Below are positions 35,050 to 45,350 of a DNA stretch of 64,000 nt, one piece after another. The DNA is from a bacterium (lineage in GTDB: Bacteria > UBA8248). Every line of letters starts with the position of its first letter. The stretch's first letter is position 1. The DNA is taken from assembly GCA_965202625.1 (NCBI GenBank), contig CBDBBI010000010.1, forward strand, positions 1,120,001-1,184,000. The letters are read 5' to 3'. A program made the translations under genes and the position numbers. The notes beneath the pieces are model-generated. The model had not been told where the DNA came from. It searched no databases and worked only from the letters and a program-made list of their open reading frames with translations.

Positions 35050-38000
35050 TCAGACGTTCATTTGTCTTTTCTGCGGCGAATGCGGATTGATCTCTTCTCG
35101 CGTCAACCACTCGCCCATCCATATCCGCCAGCATAAACGACCCACGTCGTTTGCAATCAAAGCCAAAGACGGAACCAGCACAAGGATAATGATCGTGGCG
35201 AAAAGCAACCCGAAACACAGGCTAATCGCCATGGGAATCAAAAATTGCGCTTGAAAACTTTTCTCCAGGAGCATCGGCCCCAACCCCGCTACCGTCGTCA
35301 TCGTGGTGAGAATAATCGCTCGCCATCTTGAAACTCCGGCCAGATGAAGCGCATCTTCAACCGGCATTCCGGCCTTGATGTTTCGGTTCGCGAAATCCAG
35401 CAAAACCAAAGAGTCGTTCACGACAACGCCGGAAAGCGCCAAAATGCCCATCATGCTCAAAATGGAGATGTCAAAACCCATAATCACATGTCCCCATATG
35501 GCACCTACTACTCCAAACGGAATGGCGCTCATAACGACGAGGGGCTGAAAATAACTTCTGAACAACGTGGCTAAAATGGCGAAAATGACGGCCGCCGCAA
35601 GCGCGAAGCCGCGAAAGAGGCTGCTGAACGACTCTCTGGTCTCCTTGGCCTGTCCTTCGAACCGAAGCCTCATACCCGCATAGCGGTTCAAGAGTTTCGG
35701 GAAGTAATTTTCCCGCAGATCGCTTAAAATTTCGGTAGGATTCGCCCGTTTCGAATCAACCTCGGCCGTTACGTTGACCACCCTCTTTCTATCGACCCGC
35801 TTGATCTCGCCCAACCCACGAACGATTCGCACGTCGGCCACTTCATAAAAAGGTATCTCCGCTCCTAACGCCGTTTTGATCCTCACGTTCTCGACGTTTC
35901 CGAGAGCGCGCCTCTCCTCCGCAGGATAACGCAATTTCACCTTCACGTCGTCGCGCCCACGCTGCAAACGCAGCACCTCCAGCCCGAAGAAACGCGCGCG
36001 CAACTGCCGCGCCAAATCGTCCACGTTCACTCCCAGCACCCGGGCCTGGGGCTTGAGAACCGCTCGCAGCTCCAGCTTGCCCGGTCGGAAATCATCCTCC
36101 ACGTCATAGACGCCGGGATATTTTTTCAACTCTTGCCTGAAGTCCAAGGCCGCCCTTCTCATCGCCTGAATATCGCCGCCAGAAAACTCCACATCAATAG
36201 GCTTGCCCCCGGGCGGCTGGTTGCCGCTTGCTCCAAACACAAGGCTCACCACGCCAGGGATATCGCCCGTTCTCTCGCGCCAACGATTGGTGATTTCCTC
36301 CGAGGCAATCCCCCTGTCTTCCGAAGGCAACAATTCCACGATCACCTGCGCGGCATGGCTGCCATCTCCCGAACGTCCACCCTGATCGTTGAGCTGCTCT
36401 CCCAGTACCGTGAACACGTGCCGGATGACGGGCGCGCTCGTTTTCGAGCGAAAATCCCCACCCAGAGTCATGGCTGCTTGCTCAATTTTTTTGGCGGCGC
36501 GCCTCGTTTGCGCAATCGGCGTGCCCTGGGGAAACAGCAGCCTCGCCTGCACCCAATCGGAGTCAAAAGGCGGAAAGAACAAAAATTTCACGTGCCCGCC
36601 CGCGGCCAGTCCTATCGTCATCGCAAAAACGGCCAAGGCGAGAGCAATCACTAAATATCTGGCTTCCAGACAAAACCGCAGAGCGGGCGCATAGAGCCGC
36701 TCAATTATCCCGTTCACCACCTTGTCAATCGCGTTCCTGATGCGTGATGAGAGCCTATTTTCCCTGGGCCGGCGCACCCAATGGGCGAGGTGCGCCGGCA
36801 GAATGAACAACGATTCAACGAGAGAGGCGATCAACGCAGCGATGATGGCGATCGGTAGGATGGCCATGAACTTTCCGGCAGTGCCTTCCATCATCATCAG
36901 GGGGATGAAAGCGACGACTGACGTGGCGACAGTGCCTATTACAGGCAACATCACTTCGGAGCAACCATCAATAGCAGCTTGAACCCGGCTTTTTCCCATT
37001 TCTATATGAGAGAATATGTTCTCGGCCACCACGATGGCGTCGTCCACAAGAAGGCCCAAAACCATGATGAAGGCGAACATGGTGAGCATGTTCAGCGTCC
37101 CGCCAAAGAAATTCAGGAATCCGAGCGACGTCAACAAGGAAACCGGTATCCCCACCACCACCCAAAAAGAAAGGCGACCGTTCAGAAATAACCAAAGAGC
37201 CAAGAAAACCAGCAGAAGCCCGATGCGTCCGTTTCTCAATAGAAGGTCGAGCCGATCCTGAATGAGTCTCGACGAATCCGCCCAATAGACGAGATTCAAC
37301 CCTTCGGGCAACTCCCGCCGTTTCTTTTCCACGTATCGCCCGACTGCCTTGGCGATGTCGATGGCGTCTTCTTCATCGGTCCGAAACACCGTGATGAGCG
37401 CCCCGGGCTTGCCGTTGAATCGTCCCGTTTTGTCGCTGTCCTCAAAGGCATCCACCACGCGAGCGATATCGCCGAGTCTCAAAATCGTCCCGTCTTTTTG
37501 CGCGAGTATCTCGAGTTGCTCGAACTCAAGACCCGTATAACGCTTACCCAGGGTTCTGATCCGGATTCTTCGTTCGGAGGTGCGGATGTCCCCCCCGGAG
37601 AGCTCCAACACGTTTTTGCGAATGATATCCGAAAGCCTCTCAAACGTGAGCCCGTAGCGGCGCAGCGTCTCCTCAGACACCTCGATAGAAATTTCCCAAT
37701 TCTTCACTCCGCCTAGAACGATCTGGGAAACGCCGTAAGCGTCCAACAAATCATCTTTGATCTCCTCGGCTTTGCGCTTGAGAGTCCGCTCCGCAACATC
37801 CCCGAACAAAGAGAGGTAAACGACCTGGTTGATGCGTTTCACTTCCGCGACGATGGGCCGCTCGATATCGGCGGGAAACGTATTGATCCGTTCAATCTCG
37901 CTTTTGATATCCTCCATTGATTTTCGAGAATCTTTCACCCAGGTATGCAGGTCCAACAGCACCGCGCACTGGTACTCATAAGCAGTCGATGCAATCTTCT

Positions 38001-38235
38001 TGACGCCCTCCACGCCCGTGAGAGCCTCCTCGATCTTGATGCAGACGCCCTCTTCCACCTCCTCGGGGCTTGCGCCCTGCCACGTCACACTGACACTTAC
38101 TTTATCGAGAGCGAACTGCGGTATCAGCTCACTCCTGATCTGAAAAACAGCAATCACCCCGATGACGATCATGATCGCCATCAAAAGGTTGGCGAAGACG
38201 GAATTACGGACGATCCAACCAAGAAGTCGCTTCAT
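35050..38235 (-). CDS. RND efflux transporter permease (AcrB family)
   Basis: GASPEEVE, LGLLVDDAIVVAE, GVVVNDSLV and RAIILTT motifs; about 1060 aa. Confidence 0.95.
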   Translation of the reverse strand: MKRLLGWIVRNSVFANLLMAIMIVIGVIAVFQIRSELIPQFALDKVSVSVTWQGASPEEVEEGVCIKIEEALTGVEGVKKIASTAYEYQCAVLLDLHTWVKDSRKSMEDIKSEIERINTFPADIERPIVAEVKRINQVVYLSLFGDVAERTLKRKAEEIKDDLLDAYGVSQIVLGGVKNWEISIEVSEETLRRYGLTFERLSDIIRKNVLELSGGDIRTSERRIRIRTLGKRYTGLEFEQLEILAQKDGTILRLGDIARVVDAFEDSDKTGRFNGKPGALITVFRTDEEDAIDIAKAVGRYVEKKRRELPEGLNLVYWADSSRLIQDRLDLLLRNGRIGLLLVFLALWLFLNGRLSFWVVVGIPVSLLTSLGFLNFFGGTLNMLTMFAFIMVLGLLVDDAIVVAENIFSHIEMGKSRVQAAIDGCSEVMLPVIGTVATSVVAFIPLMMMEGTAGKFMAILPIAIIAALIASLVESLFILPAHLAHWVRRPRENRLSSRIRNAIDKVVNGIIERLYAPALRFCLEARYLVIALALAVFAMTIGLAAGGHVKFLFFPPFDSDWVQARLLFPQGTPIAQTRRAAKKIEQAAMTLGGDFRSKTSAPVIRHVFTVLGEQLNDQGGRSGDGSHAAQVIVELLPSEDRGIASEEITNRWRERTGDIPGVVSLVFGASGNQPPGGKPIDVEFSGGDIQAMRRAALDFRQELKKYPGVYDVEDDFRPGKLELRAVLKPQARVLGVNVDDLARQLRARFFGLEVLRLQRGRDDVKVKLRYPAEERRALGNVENVRIKTALGAEIPFYEVADVRIVRGLGEIKRVDRKRVVNVTAEVDSKRANPTEILSDLRENYFPKLLNRYAGMRLRFEGQAKETRESFSSLFRGFALAAAVIFAILATLFRSYFQPLVVMSAIPFGVVGAIWGHVIMGFDISILSMMGILALSGVVVNDSLVLLDFANRNIKAGMPVEDALHLAGVSRWRAIILTTMTTVAGLGPMLLEKSFQAQFLIPMAISLCFGLLFATIIILVLVPSLALIANDVGRLCWRIWMGEWLTREEINPHSPQKRQMNV

Positions 38236-39557
38236 CGTGCGGAGACTCCGGGGGCGTTCGCGTCCCAAGCGCGAAACCTCATGCCGGCGACGGGATCGGG
38301 AATGGCGGAAAGAATGACGAGATCGTTTTCGTTCACTCCATTTTTGAGGACGACCCCATCCTGACTCTTTCTGACGACCTGCACCTTGCGGATCCGCAGT
38401 TTTCCATTTTCGAGCAGATACAGACTATCCTCCGTGCGCAGCGCGGCGCGCGGAATCACATATACGTCGGGCATCGTGACGCCCTTCATCTCCACCTGAA
38501 CGAACATTCCCACCACAAGGGGGGGATGTTCTCCCGGCACCCAGTTTTTCATCGGTTCGGAAATTTCCACCACGAGCGTGAGCGCGCGAGTGGACTCGTC
38601 AAGCCCGGAATCCACCAGAGACACCTGCCCTTCCCATGAGAACCTTCTTCCAAATTGACTCCAATACACCCTGGCGGTGGGGAAAAACCGCTTCACTTCC
38701 TCTTGGCCCCTCGGGAAGGAAACGTCCTGAACACGCCGAAACGCCCATCGCACGTCCTGAACCGGCAAAGAAACCGGAACTTCAAGCGTGGAGACGTCAT
38801 AAATTCTGCCCACGGCTTTGCCCGCGCTGGCGAAATCCCCCACGTCCAAACTCGTCTCTCGCACTCGACCGTCAAAGGGAGCGATAATTTTTGTGCGCGA
38901 GAGTTGCAAAAACGCCCTCTTCAGCGCGGCGCGGTTCACGTCAAGGACAGCGCGCTTTTGTCTGAGCTGGACGGGCAAAAGCGCCAAAGCGTTTTTGATG
39001 GATTGCACCGTCTGCTCCTGGCGGAGAAAGTTTTGCTGAGACTGATCATACTGGTTAGAGGAAATCACGCCTTGTTTCCTCAACTTTCTGTTGCGCCGCA
39101 GTTCCTGGCTCACCACCTTCATGTGCCGCGCGGCGATGTTCAGATCGGCCTGATGGTTTTTCTCCTCCTGACTCAGTCGGGCGATATCCGCCCTCAGTTG
39201 TCCTATTTCCGCTTTACGCTGCTCAACCGCGATTTCATAGTCCGCCGGGTCAATCTGAAACAAGAGCTCTCCTTTTTTGATGAAGCCCCCCGTTCGGAAT
39301 CCGGGTGCGCGGCTGACCACCTGTCCCGAAACTTCGGGCACGATGGAAAACTCCGTTTTTGGCCGCACGGTCCCGAAGCCCTTCACCCGGAACGTCTTGT
39401 CCTGTTTTTTGAGAGACATCGTTCTGACGAGTCTGGACGGCTTGGAAGGGATCGCAATATCGGGTTCGGGTCGATGTTGAATCAACCATCTGGTCCCCCA
39501 CCCTCCGATCGCCAGAACCAAAACGGCGAAAACAATGAAATTTTTTCGGCGAGACAT
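38232..39557 (-). CDS. RND efflux periplasmic adaptor (MFP)
   Basis: PEVSGQV, coiled coil, IIAPFDGRV and IPRAAL motifs. Confidence 0.92.
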   Translation of the reverse strand: MSRRKNFIVFAVLVLAIGGWGTRWLIQHRPEPDIAIPSKPSRLVRTMSLKKQDKTFRVKGFGTVRPKTEFSIVPEVSGQVVSRAPGFRTGGFIKKGELLFQIDPADYEIAVEQRKAEIGQLRADIARLSQEEKNHQADLNIAARHMKVVSQELRRNRKLRKQGVISSNQYDQSQQNFLRQEQTVQSIKNALALLPVQLRQKRAVLDVNRAALKRAFLQLSRTKIIAPFDGRVRETSLDVGDFASAGKAVGRIYDVSTLEVPVSLPVQDVRWAFRRVQDVSFPRGQEEVKRFFPTARVYWSQFGRRFSWEGQVSLVDSGLDESTRALTLVVEISEPMKNWVPGEHPPLVVGMFVQVEMKGVTMPDVYVIPRAALRTEDSLYLLENGKLRIRKVQVVRKSQDGVVLKNGVNENDLVILSAIPDPVAGMRFRAWDANAPGVSAR

Positions 39558-40512
39558 TTATGATTCTCCGCCCTTTGGGCCTGGGCCGTTCCGAACCGGA
39601 GGGGGCATTCCGTTCATTCTCAATGCGAACGGGTAACATCCAGGCGCAACGTTGAGGGGACTTACAGCCCTATTTTTGTTTCTCGGAGGAGGGGCCGCAT
39701 TTCCAAATGTGGTCGCTATCTGCCGGCCAAGCGGGAGGCCATCGCCCCCGCGAAACCCAGTCCGCATGCGGTCACCTCTCTCGGAAAACCCTGTAAAATC
39801 CCCGTCTCTGGCGAGCATCATGCGCCAGAAACCCTTTATTTTCAAGATAAATGATAACTTCCGCATCCAAAAAGCGAGACGCGCGCGGCCCCATCCGATT
39901 CTGTCGCGGCTTCCAAAAACCCCCTTATTCTCCCCATTTCCCTCCATCCAAACATCGCGCCCGCCCGCCTTTTCATCGAAAAACATCTCGTGAATTTTCA
40001 CTTTATTTCGCGTATTTCACACATACCCTGCGCCGGCGGCTCCGCACCTCACCTATCGGGGATGAGAAAACGCCGCGCGTGCGAAGTGCGGAAAAACGCG
40101 AGGCCGCTTCCCATCGGGCAAGGAGGGACCGAGCGACCTTGAAAAAGAGAAATGGAACGCTGACGAGGGGCTGTTCGCCCGCCTCATCCAAGCGGGCTTA
40201 TTGCGCTTTCAGGACTTCCTCTTCGAGCATGTTCGCAATCTTGACGGCCACTTTCGCGTCGGGCCGAGGCAGGGGCAAGTCATACACAGGCTTGATAAAG
40301 CGTTTCAGGAACGCTTCGGCGTTTTGCGTGGAATAAGCCGCTATGTTCTCCGGAGACTATCCCCCAGAATATCATCCCAGATATCGTCCGCTATCGTTTC
40401 TGCCTTCCTCCGCCCGCCATTCGCCTGCGGAGCGGGTGAAAAAAAGGCGTCCGCCACAGCAGACATTTACACCTTCCGCAAGTTTTGCGGGAGAGGAGAT
40501 AGAATATCCCCC

Positions 40513-41493
40513 CTACACCCCCACGCCCAGGGCTTTCCTAGCAGCCTCCAAGACGTTGGCTGGGTTGGGGAGCACGAAATCTTCAAGGCGCGGCTCGAAG
40601 GGAATCGGTGCCTCAAGGGCGGCCACGCGGCCGATAGGAGCGTCCAGATAGTCGAACGCTTCCTCCTGAATCGCCGCGGCTATCTCAGAACCCACCCCGC
40701 TTCTGAGATGCCCCTCCTCCACGATGACGCAGCGATTCGTCTTGCGAACCGACTCGGCCAGGGCGGGGGTGTCCAGCGGAGCCAGCGTCCTCGGGTCCAG
40801 GACTTCCGCGCTGATTCCCTCCTCCGCCAGCACGTCCGCCGCCGCCAGACAATTATGCACCTGATAGCCCACGCCCACGAGCGTTATGTCGCCGCCTTCG
40901 CGCTTCACCTCGGCCTGTCCAAACGCGGTGACGTGATCGCCCTCGGGAACGGGGCCCTTTACCTTGTAGAGCATCTTGTGCTCCACCATGAGGACGGGGT
41001 TGTCGTCCTGAACAGCCGCGCGCATGAGGCCTTTCGCGTCGGCGGGGTCGCTGGGAACAGCTACCTTTATCCCAGGAACCTGCATGAACCACGCCTCCAG
41101 ACACTGGCTATGCGTGGGGCCATACTGCACGCCGCCGCCGCCGGGCGTGCGCACGACGAGGGGCACGCTCAGCTGCCCGCCCAGCATGTATCGCAGCTTG
41201 GCCGCCTGGTTGATGAGCGGGTCCATCGCCAGCATAAGGAAGTCCATGAACATGATCTCGACGATGGGGCGATAGCCAGCCATGGCGGCGCCTACGCCGG
41301 CACCCACGATGCCGAGTTCGCTGATGGGGGTGTCGCGCACGCGATCCCGCCCGAATTTCTCCGCCAGCCCCTTCGTGACGCCAAAGACGTAGGCGAGCTC
41401 CACGTCCTCGCCCAGAACGATGACCCGCTCATCGCGCGCCATCTCCTCATGATGCGCCTCGTTGAGCGCGTTCACAAAATTGATCTCTCGCAT
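40513..41493 (-). CDS. 2-oxoacid/acetoin dehydrogenase E1 beta subunit
   Basis: LGEDV, DTPISE, HSQCLE and EHKMLY motifs. Confidence 0.93.
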   Translation of the reverse strand: MREINFVNALNEAHHEEMARDERVIVLGEDVELAYVFGVTKGLAEKFGRDRVRDTPISELGIVGAGVGAAMAGYRPIVEIMFMDFLMLAMDPLINQAAKLRYMLGGQLSVPLVVRTPGGGGVQYGPTHSQCLEAWFMQVPGIKVAVPSDPADAKGLMRAAVQDDNPVLMVEHKMLYKVKGPVPEGDHVTAFGQAEVKREGGDITLVGVGYQVHNCLAAADVLAEEGISAEVLDPRTLAPLDTPALAESVRKTNRCVIVEEGHLRSGVGSEIAAAIQEEAFDYLDAPIGRVAALEAPIPFEPRLEDFVLPNPANVLEAARKALGVGV

Positions 41494-41644
41494 GTCGTCT
41501 CTCCAGGTTTTTTCTTTCCAGCCAGGTAAGTGGCGAGGTATCTTCCGGCATCACATGGCTCCTCCACGCGGGGGGAGACCTCGCCAGGCGCGGGTTCCGC
41601 CTTCCACCGTCCCCGTTTTCTGCGGCACCTTGGCGCCGAAACGG

Positions 41645-42604
41645 CTAAGCGTATACGTCCTCAAGCGCCGATTCAAGGGTGGCGTCCGGGCTTCCCTCGG
41701 CGAACGCGATGGCGCCCGCCAGCTCCTCGTCCACAGCCTTGAGATGCGCTTTTTTCTGCGCGTCCGTGAGTTTGAGCGTCTCCTCGGCAATCGTCAGGGG
41801 ATCGCGCTTGCGCCACTCGTCCACCTCTTCTTTCGTCCGATACGGACCGAACTGGGGGTCACCCCTCGAGTGGCCGAAGAAGCGGTAGGTCTTCGCCTCG
41901 ATCAAACTCGGGCCGCCTCCCTCCCGCGCCCTGCGAACGGCCTCCGCCGTCGCCTCATAGACGGCCACTACGTCCATGCCGTCCACCGTCACTCCAGGCG
42001 CGTCATAGCCCTGCGCCCTCACGCTGATGTCCTTAACGGAAGTAGAACGCTCCACGTGATAGCTCACCGCATAGTGGTTGTTCTCGCAGAAGAAAACCAC
42101 CGGCAACTTCCATATCGCGCACAGGTTCATCGACTCGTGAAAACTTCCCTGGTTCGACGCGCCGTCGCCAAAGAACACCACCACCATGCGGCCCCGCCCT
42201 TCCAACTGATAGGCCAGGCCCATGCCCGTCGCCATGGGCATATTGGCGCCCACGATGGAGTGCGCGCCATAGTGGCCCTTGGAGATGTCGGCGATGTGCA
42301 TGGAGCCTCCGCGCGCCTTGCAAAGACCGGTGGATTTGCCGAGCAGTTCCGCCATCATCTCGGGCATTCGGGTGCCCTTGGCGATGGAATGGCCATGCCC
42401 CCGATGGGTGGTGAGAATGGCGTCATCCTCGTTCAACGCTGCACAGACGCCGACCGAGCACGCCTCCTGCCCAATGCTGACGTGAACCGCCCCCTTCACC
42501 CGTCCAGCCATGAAGAGCTCATCGGTTTTCTCCTCAAAACGGCGAATCCGCAGCATGTTGCGATACATCGCGCCCAAATCCTTTTTCGTCAACCTCTTCG
42601 GCAT
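41645..42604 (-). CDS. 2-oxoacid/acetoin dehydrogenase E1 alpha subunit
   Basis: GQEA, HRGHGH, RGGSMH, FFGDGA..NN and YRFFGHS motifs. Confidence 0.93.
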   Translation of the reverse strand: MPKRLTKKDLGAMYRNMLRIRRFEEKTDELFMAGRVKGAVHVSIGQEACSVGVCAALNEDDAILTTHRGHGHSIAKGTRMPEMMAELLGKSTGLCKARGGSMHIADISKGHYGAHSIVGANMPMATGMGLAYQLEGRGRMVVVFFGDGASNQGSFHESMNLCAIWKLPVVFFCENNHYAVSYHVERSTSVKDISVRAQGYDAPGVTVDGMDVVAVYEATAEAVRRAREGGGPSLIEAKTYRFFGHSRGDPQFGPYRTKEEVDEWRKRDPLTIAEETLKLTDAQKKAHLKAVDEELAGAIAFAEGSPDATLESALEDVYA

Positions 42605-42742
42605 CGCCGATCTTCTTGTCGCCCTGGGGGACACGGCGCCCTCCTTCTGCGGCGTCATCAGAACAGGAGCGCCGCAACGTCAAAACAATGAAAACTTTCG
42701 CTCCGCTAGACTTTTATGACTACCACATGGGGCAATGGCGAT

Positions 42743-43441
42743 TCAATCGACGGTGGCGGATGCGGCGTCCTCCCTGTTTGCGGCGTAGCGAAGGAACAGC
42801 TCGTCCTCCACCCGTCGAACCTCCATGAGCCGCAAACCCAGAAACGCGCCCGACCGAAGCCCCGCCCCGTCCATGAGCGTCGGGGCGTTCGCCCCTCCGG
42901 CCAGCCAGGGGGTGAGCGTCACGTGAAACTCGTCGATGAAACGGACGAACTCCCACGTTAACCCGCCGCCGCCCTCAAGCAACACGTTTCTCATCCCCCT
43001 CCGCGCGAGATAGGCCAGCACCTGGCGCGCGGCGCAATCCCCTTCCTCCAAAACGACGATGCGCGCGCGTCTGATCCGGCCGCCCCCAAGGCGGGACGCA
43101 CCCTGGGGGGTGGTGAATATGAACCTCTCGACCTCCTCGCTCGCAAACCACGGCATATCTTGCGGAAAGGCGCCCCCGCGCGTAAGCACGCCATTCGCCG
43201 GATGCGGCGCGCGCCCCTTTGCCGCGCGTTCGGCCGCCAGGGATTTTTCTCGAACGATCGCAGGATGACGCGCGGCCCGCAGCGTCTGTCCTCCCCATAT
43301 CACGACGTCCGCCCGCGCTCGCAAGCGATCCATCTCCAGGCGATCCGCCTTCGAGCCTATCGAGAGGTTCTGCCGGTCACAAGCAGCGATTTTCCCATCA
43401 AGCGTCATCGCCAGGTTCGCAAATACGAAAGGTCTCTTCAT
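42743..43441 (-). CDS. RibD C-terminal-like reductase (DHFR-fold)
   Basis: AMTLDGKI and LLEGGG motifs; ATG at 43441. Confidence 0.85.
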   Translation of the reverse strand: MKRPFVFANLAMTLDGKIAACDRQNLSIGSKADRLEMDRLRARADVVIWGGQTLRAARHPAIVREKSLAAERAAKGRAPHPANGVLTRGGAFPQDMPWFASEEVERFIFTTPQGASRLGGGRIRRARIVVLEEGDCAARQVLAYLARRGMRNVLLEGGGGLTWEFVRFIDEFHVTLTPWLAGGANAPTLMDGAGLRSGAFLGLRLMEVRRVEDELFLRYAANREDAASATVD

Positions 43442-44190
43442 TCCAATTCCCGTCGCGTGGTTGTCGCTTGCGCAGACCCAGGCGCGAATCCCCGCAGGCA
43501 TGATACAGATGACAAATCCAGGTTGTGGCGCATCCGCAAGCGAAGCCTCCGCTTCGCCAAGGTATAGCAAAGCGGATTTCGGACGCATATTGCAAGCACC
43601 TACATGAGCGCCCATGGACGGCTCCGACCATCCATCACGGTCTCTCCCCTCGACGCGCGCGTCGAGCCAGTCAACGCGTTTCGTTTTGATCACTCGTGAT
43701 TTGATCGGTGGAACGACAACCACTTTCTCTTCGATTTTCCGTTTTAGGACGGAGGGGTTCGTCAAGGCAACTTCGAGGCCATTGAACTCAAGAAATTCGC
43801 CAAGCCTCGCAAGGGGCGTGATAAGGGAAAATGGACGCAATCCGCCCGCAGCTTCCTGAAAATCGGGCGCGGCGGTCGCATGGAGCGCAATTCGGGGCGC
43901 ATTTCTTTCTAGGGTATGCGCCGCCTCGCAAGGCTTGGCGGCGCAACTAAGTTTTATCATCGCTCATTCGCAAAACCTGACTTGACAACCCAGAGTTCCA
44001 TCAACAATATCTTGTGAAATTATAGGGCGCATGGTGTCGCTTTCTTTGTTTGAGGCACGCTCCATAAAGAGTCGATTCGAGCGACAAGAAGCAGAGCGCA
44101 TCGTTCCTTCCGTCGCTGCAAAACGTGATTCTCCAATTTTCCCCCGTCGTTATAAGCATTGGCGTTCATCACGGAAAGGAGAGAAAGGGC

Positions 44191-44841
44191 ATGGGTGAAT
44201 TTGACCAGAGGGTAGATCTTCCGGACCTTGTGCTCCAAAAGCGCAACGTCGGCCCCTACAGCAACAACGTATACGTCCTGACCTGCAAGGCGACGGGAGA
44301 ATGCGTCATCATCGACACGTCCTACTCCGCCGAGCCGATTCTCGTCGCGTGTGCGGGCACCACCCCGAAATACATCCTCCAAACCCATTCTCACGCGGAC
44401 CACATCGACGCACTCGACGAGGTGCGCCGCCAAACGGGCGCGCCCCTGGGACAACATCCCGAAGACGCCAGCGAATTTGGCGTCTGCCCGGATTTCACCA
44501 TCAACGACGGGGAAGAGATCAAATTCGGCGAGATTGCGCTCAAGGCGATTCACACCCCCGGACACTGCAAGGGCATGTTGATGTTCTCCTACCCGGGCCA
44601 CTGCGTTTGCGGAGATACAATTTTTCCGGGAGGCCCCGGAAAAACGTGGAGCCACGCGCAGCTGCTGACCCTGATCGAATCCATCAAAACCAGGGTGTTC
44701 ACCCTGCCGGACGAGACCGTCCTCTATCCCGGGCATGGAGCGAACAGCACCGTCGCGCAGAGCAAGGCGGAGTTCGCCGCATTCCAGGCTGCGGGACGAC
44801 CAAGGCCCGGCGAATACGGGGACGTCACCTGGGACAGCTAG
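44191..44841 (+). CDS. MBL-fold metallo-hydrolase (glyoxalase II-like)
   Basis: THSHADH, HTPGH, GDTIF and YPGHG motifs. Confidence 0.9.
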   Translation: MGEFDQRVDLPDLVLQKRNVGPYSNNVYVLTCKATGECVIIDTSYSAEPILVACAGTTPKYILQTHSHADHIDALDEVRRQTGAPLGQHPEDASEFGVCPDFTINDGEEIKFGEIALKAIHTPGHCKGMLMFSYPGHCVCGDTIFPGGPGKTWSHAQLLTLIESIKTRVFTLPDETVLYPGHGANSTVAQSKAEFAAFQAAGRPRPGEYGDVTWDS

Positions 44842-44899
44842 GCGATGAAAGGGCGCGCGTTCCAAAATGATTGAAGATGAAACGCGAGGAGGACGCGCA

Positions 44900-45292
44900 A
44901 TGCGCTTGACCACCATCTCATTCGATCACGTGCACGTCATCAGTCGCGATCCCGAAACCTCCGCGAACTGGTTCGTCGAAAATCTCGGGGGCGAGCGCGA
45001 CGATGGCGTTGAAGTCCGGGGGGCGCCGCAGATTCGGGTGAAACTGGGCGGGACCACGGTGATGATTCGGGGACAAAGAACGGGGGAGAGTGCCGTCGGG
45101 AAGAGCGGTCTCGAATGGGGGACGGATCATTTCGCCTTTCACGTTGATGGGAATTTCGGCGCCCTTTGCGACAACCTGAAGCGAAAAGGCGTAAAATTCA
45201 TCGTGGAGCCCACGCAATTCAACCCGACGACGCGCATCGCCTTCATCGAAGCGCCCGATGGCGTCAGCATCGAGTTGATGAACAGGACATGA
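44900..45292 (+). CDS. VOC/glyoxalase family protein
   Basis: DHVHV, DHFAF and PDGVSIEL motifs; GGAGG RBS. Confidence 0.88.
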   Translation: MRLTTISFDHVHVISRDPETSANWFVENLGGERDDGVEVRGAPQIRVKLGGTTVMIRGQRTGESAVGKSGLEWGTDHFAFHVDGNFGALCDNLKRKGVKFIVEPTQFNPTTRIAFIEAPDGVSIELMNRT

Positions 45293-45350
45293 GCACGCAA
45301 GAGCACGCACTCCCCTCTGCGCCGCCGGGTGCCAGGAGGAAAGCCAAGCC

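Noticed and set aside
25026-39557. Genomic island integrated at tRNA-Ala (the region looks somewhat less GC-rich)
   Set aside because: No integrase and no duplicated tRNA 3' end seen. The compositional shift also covers nrdJ upstream, and the region includes housekeeping queF. GC was not computed.
43398-43960. Cys-rich 77-aa ORF and the N-terminal extension of the RibD-like ORF
   Set aside because: No recognisable domain, and the short ORF overlaps the reductase start; likely non-coding.
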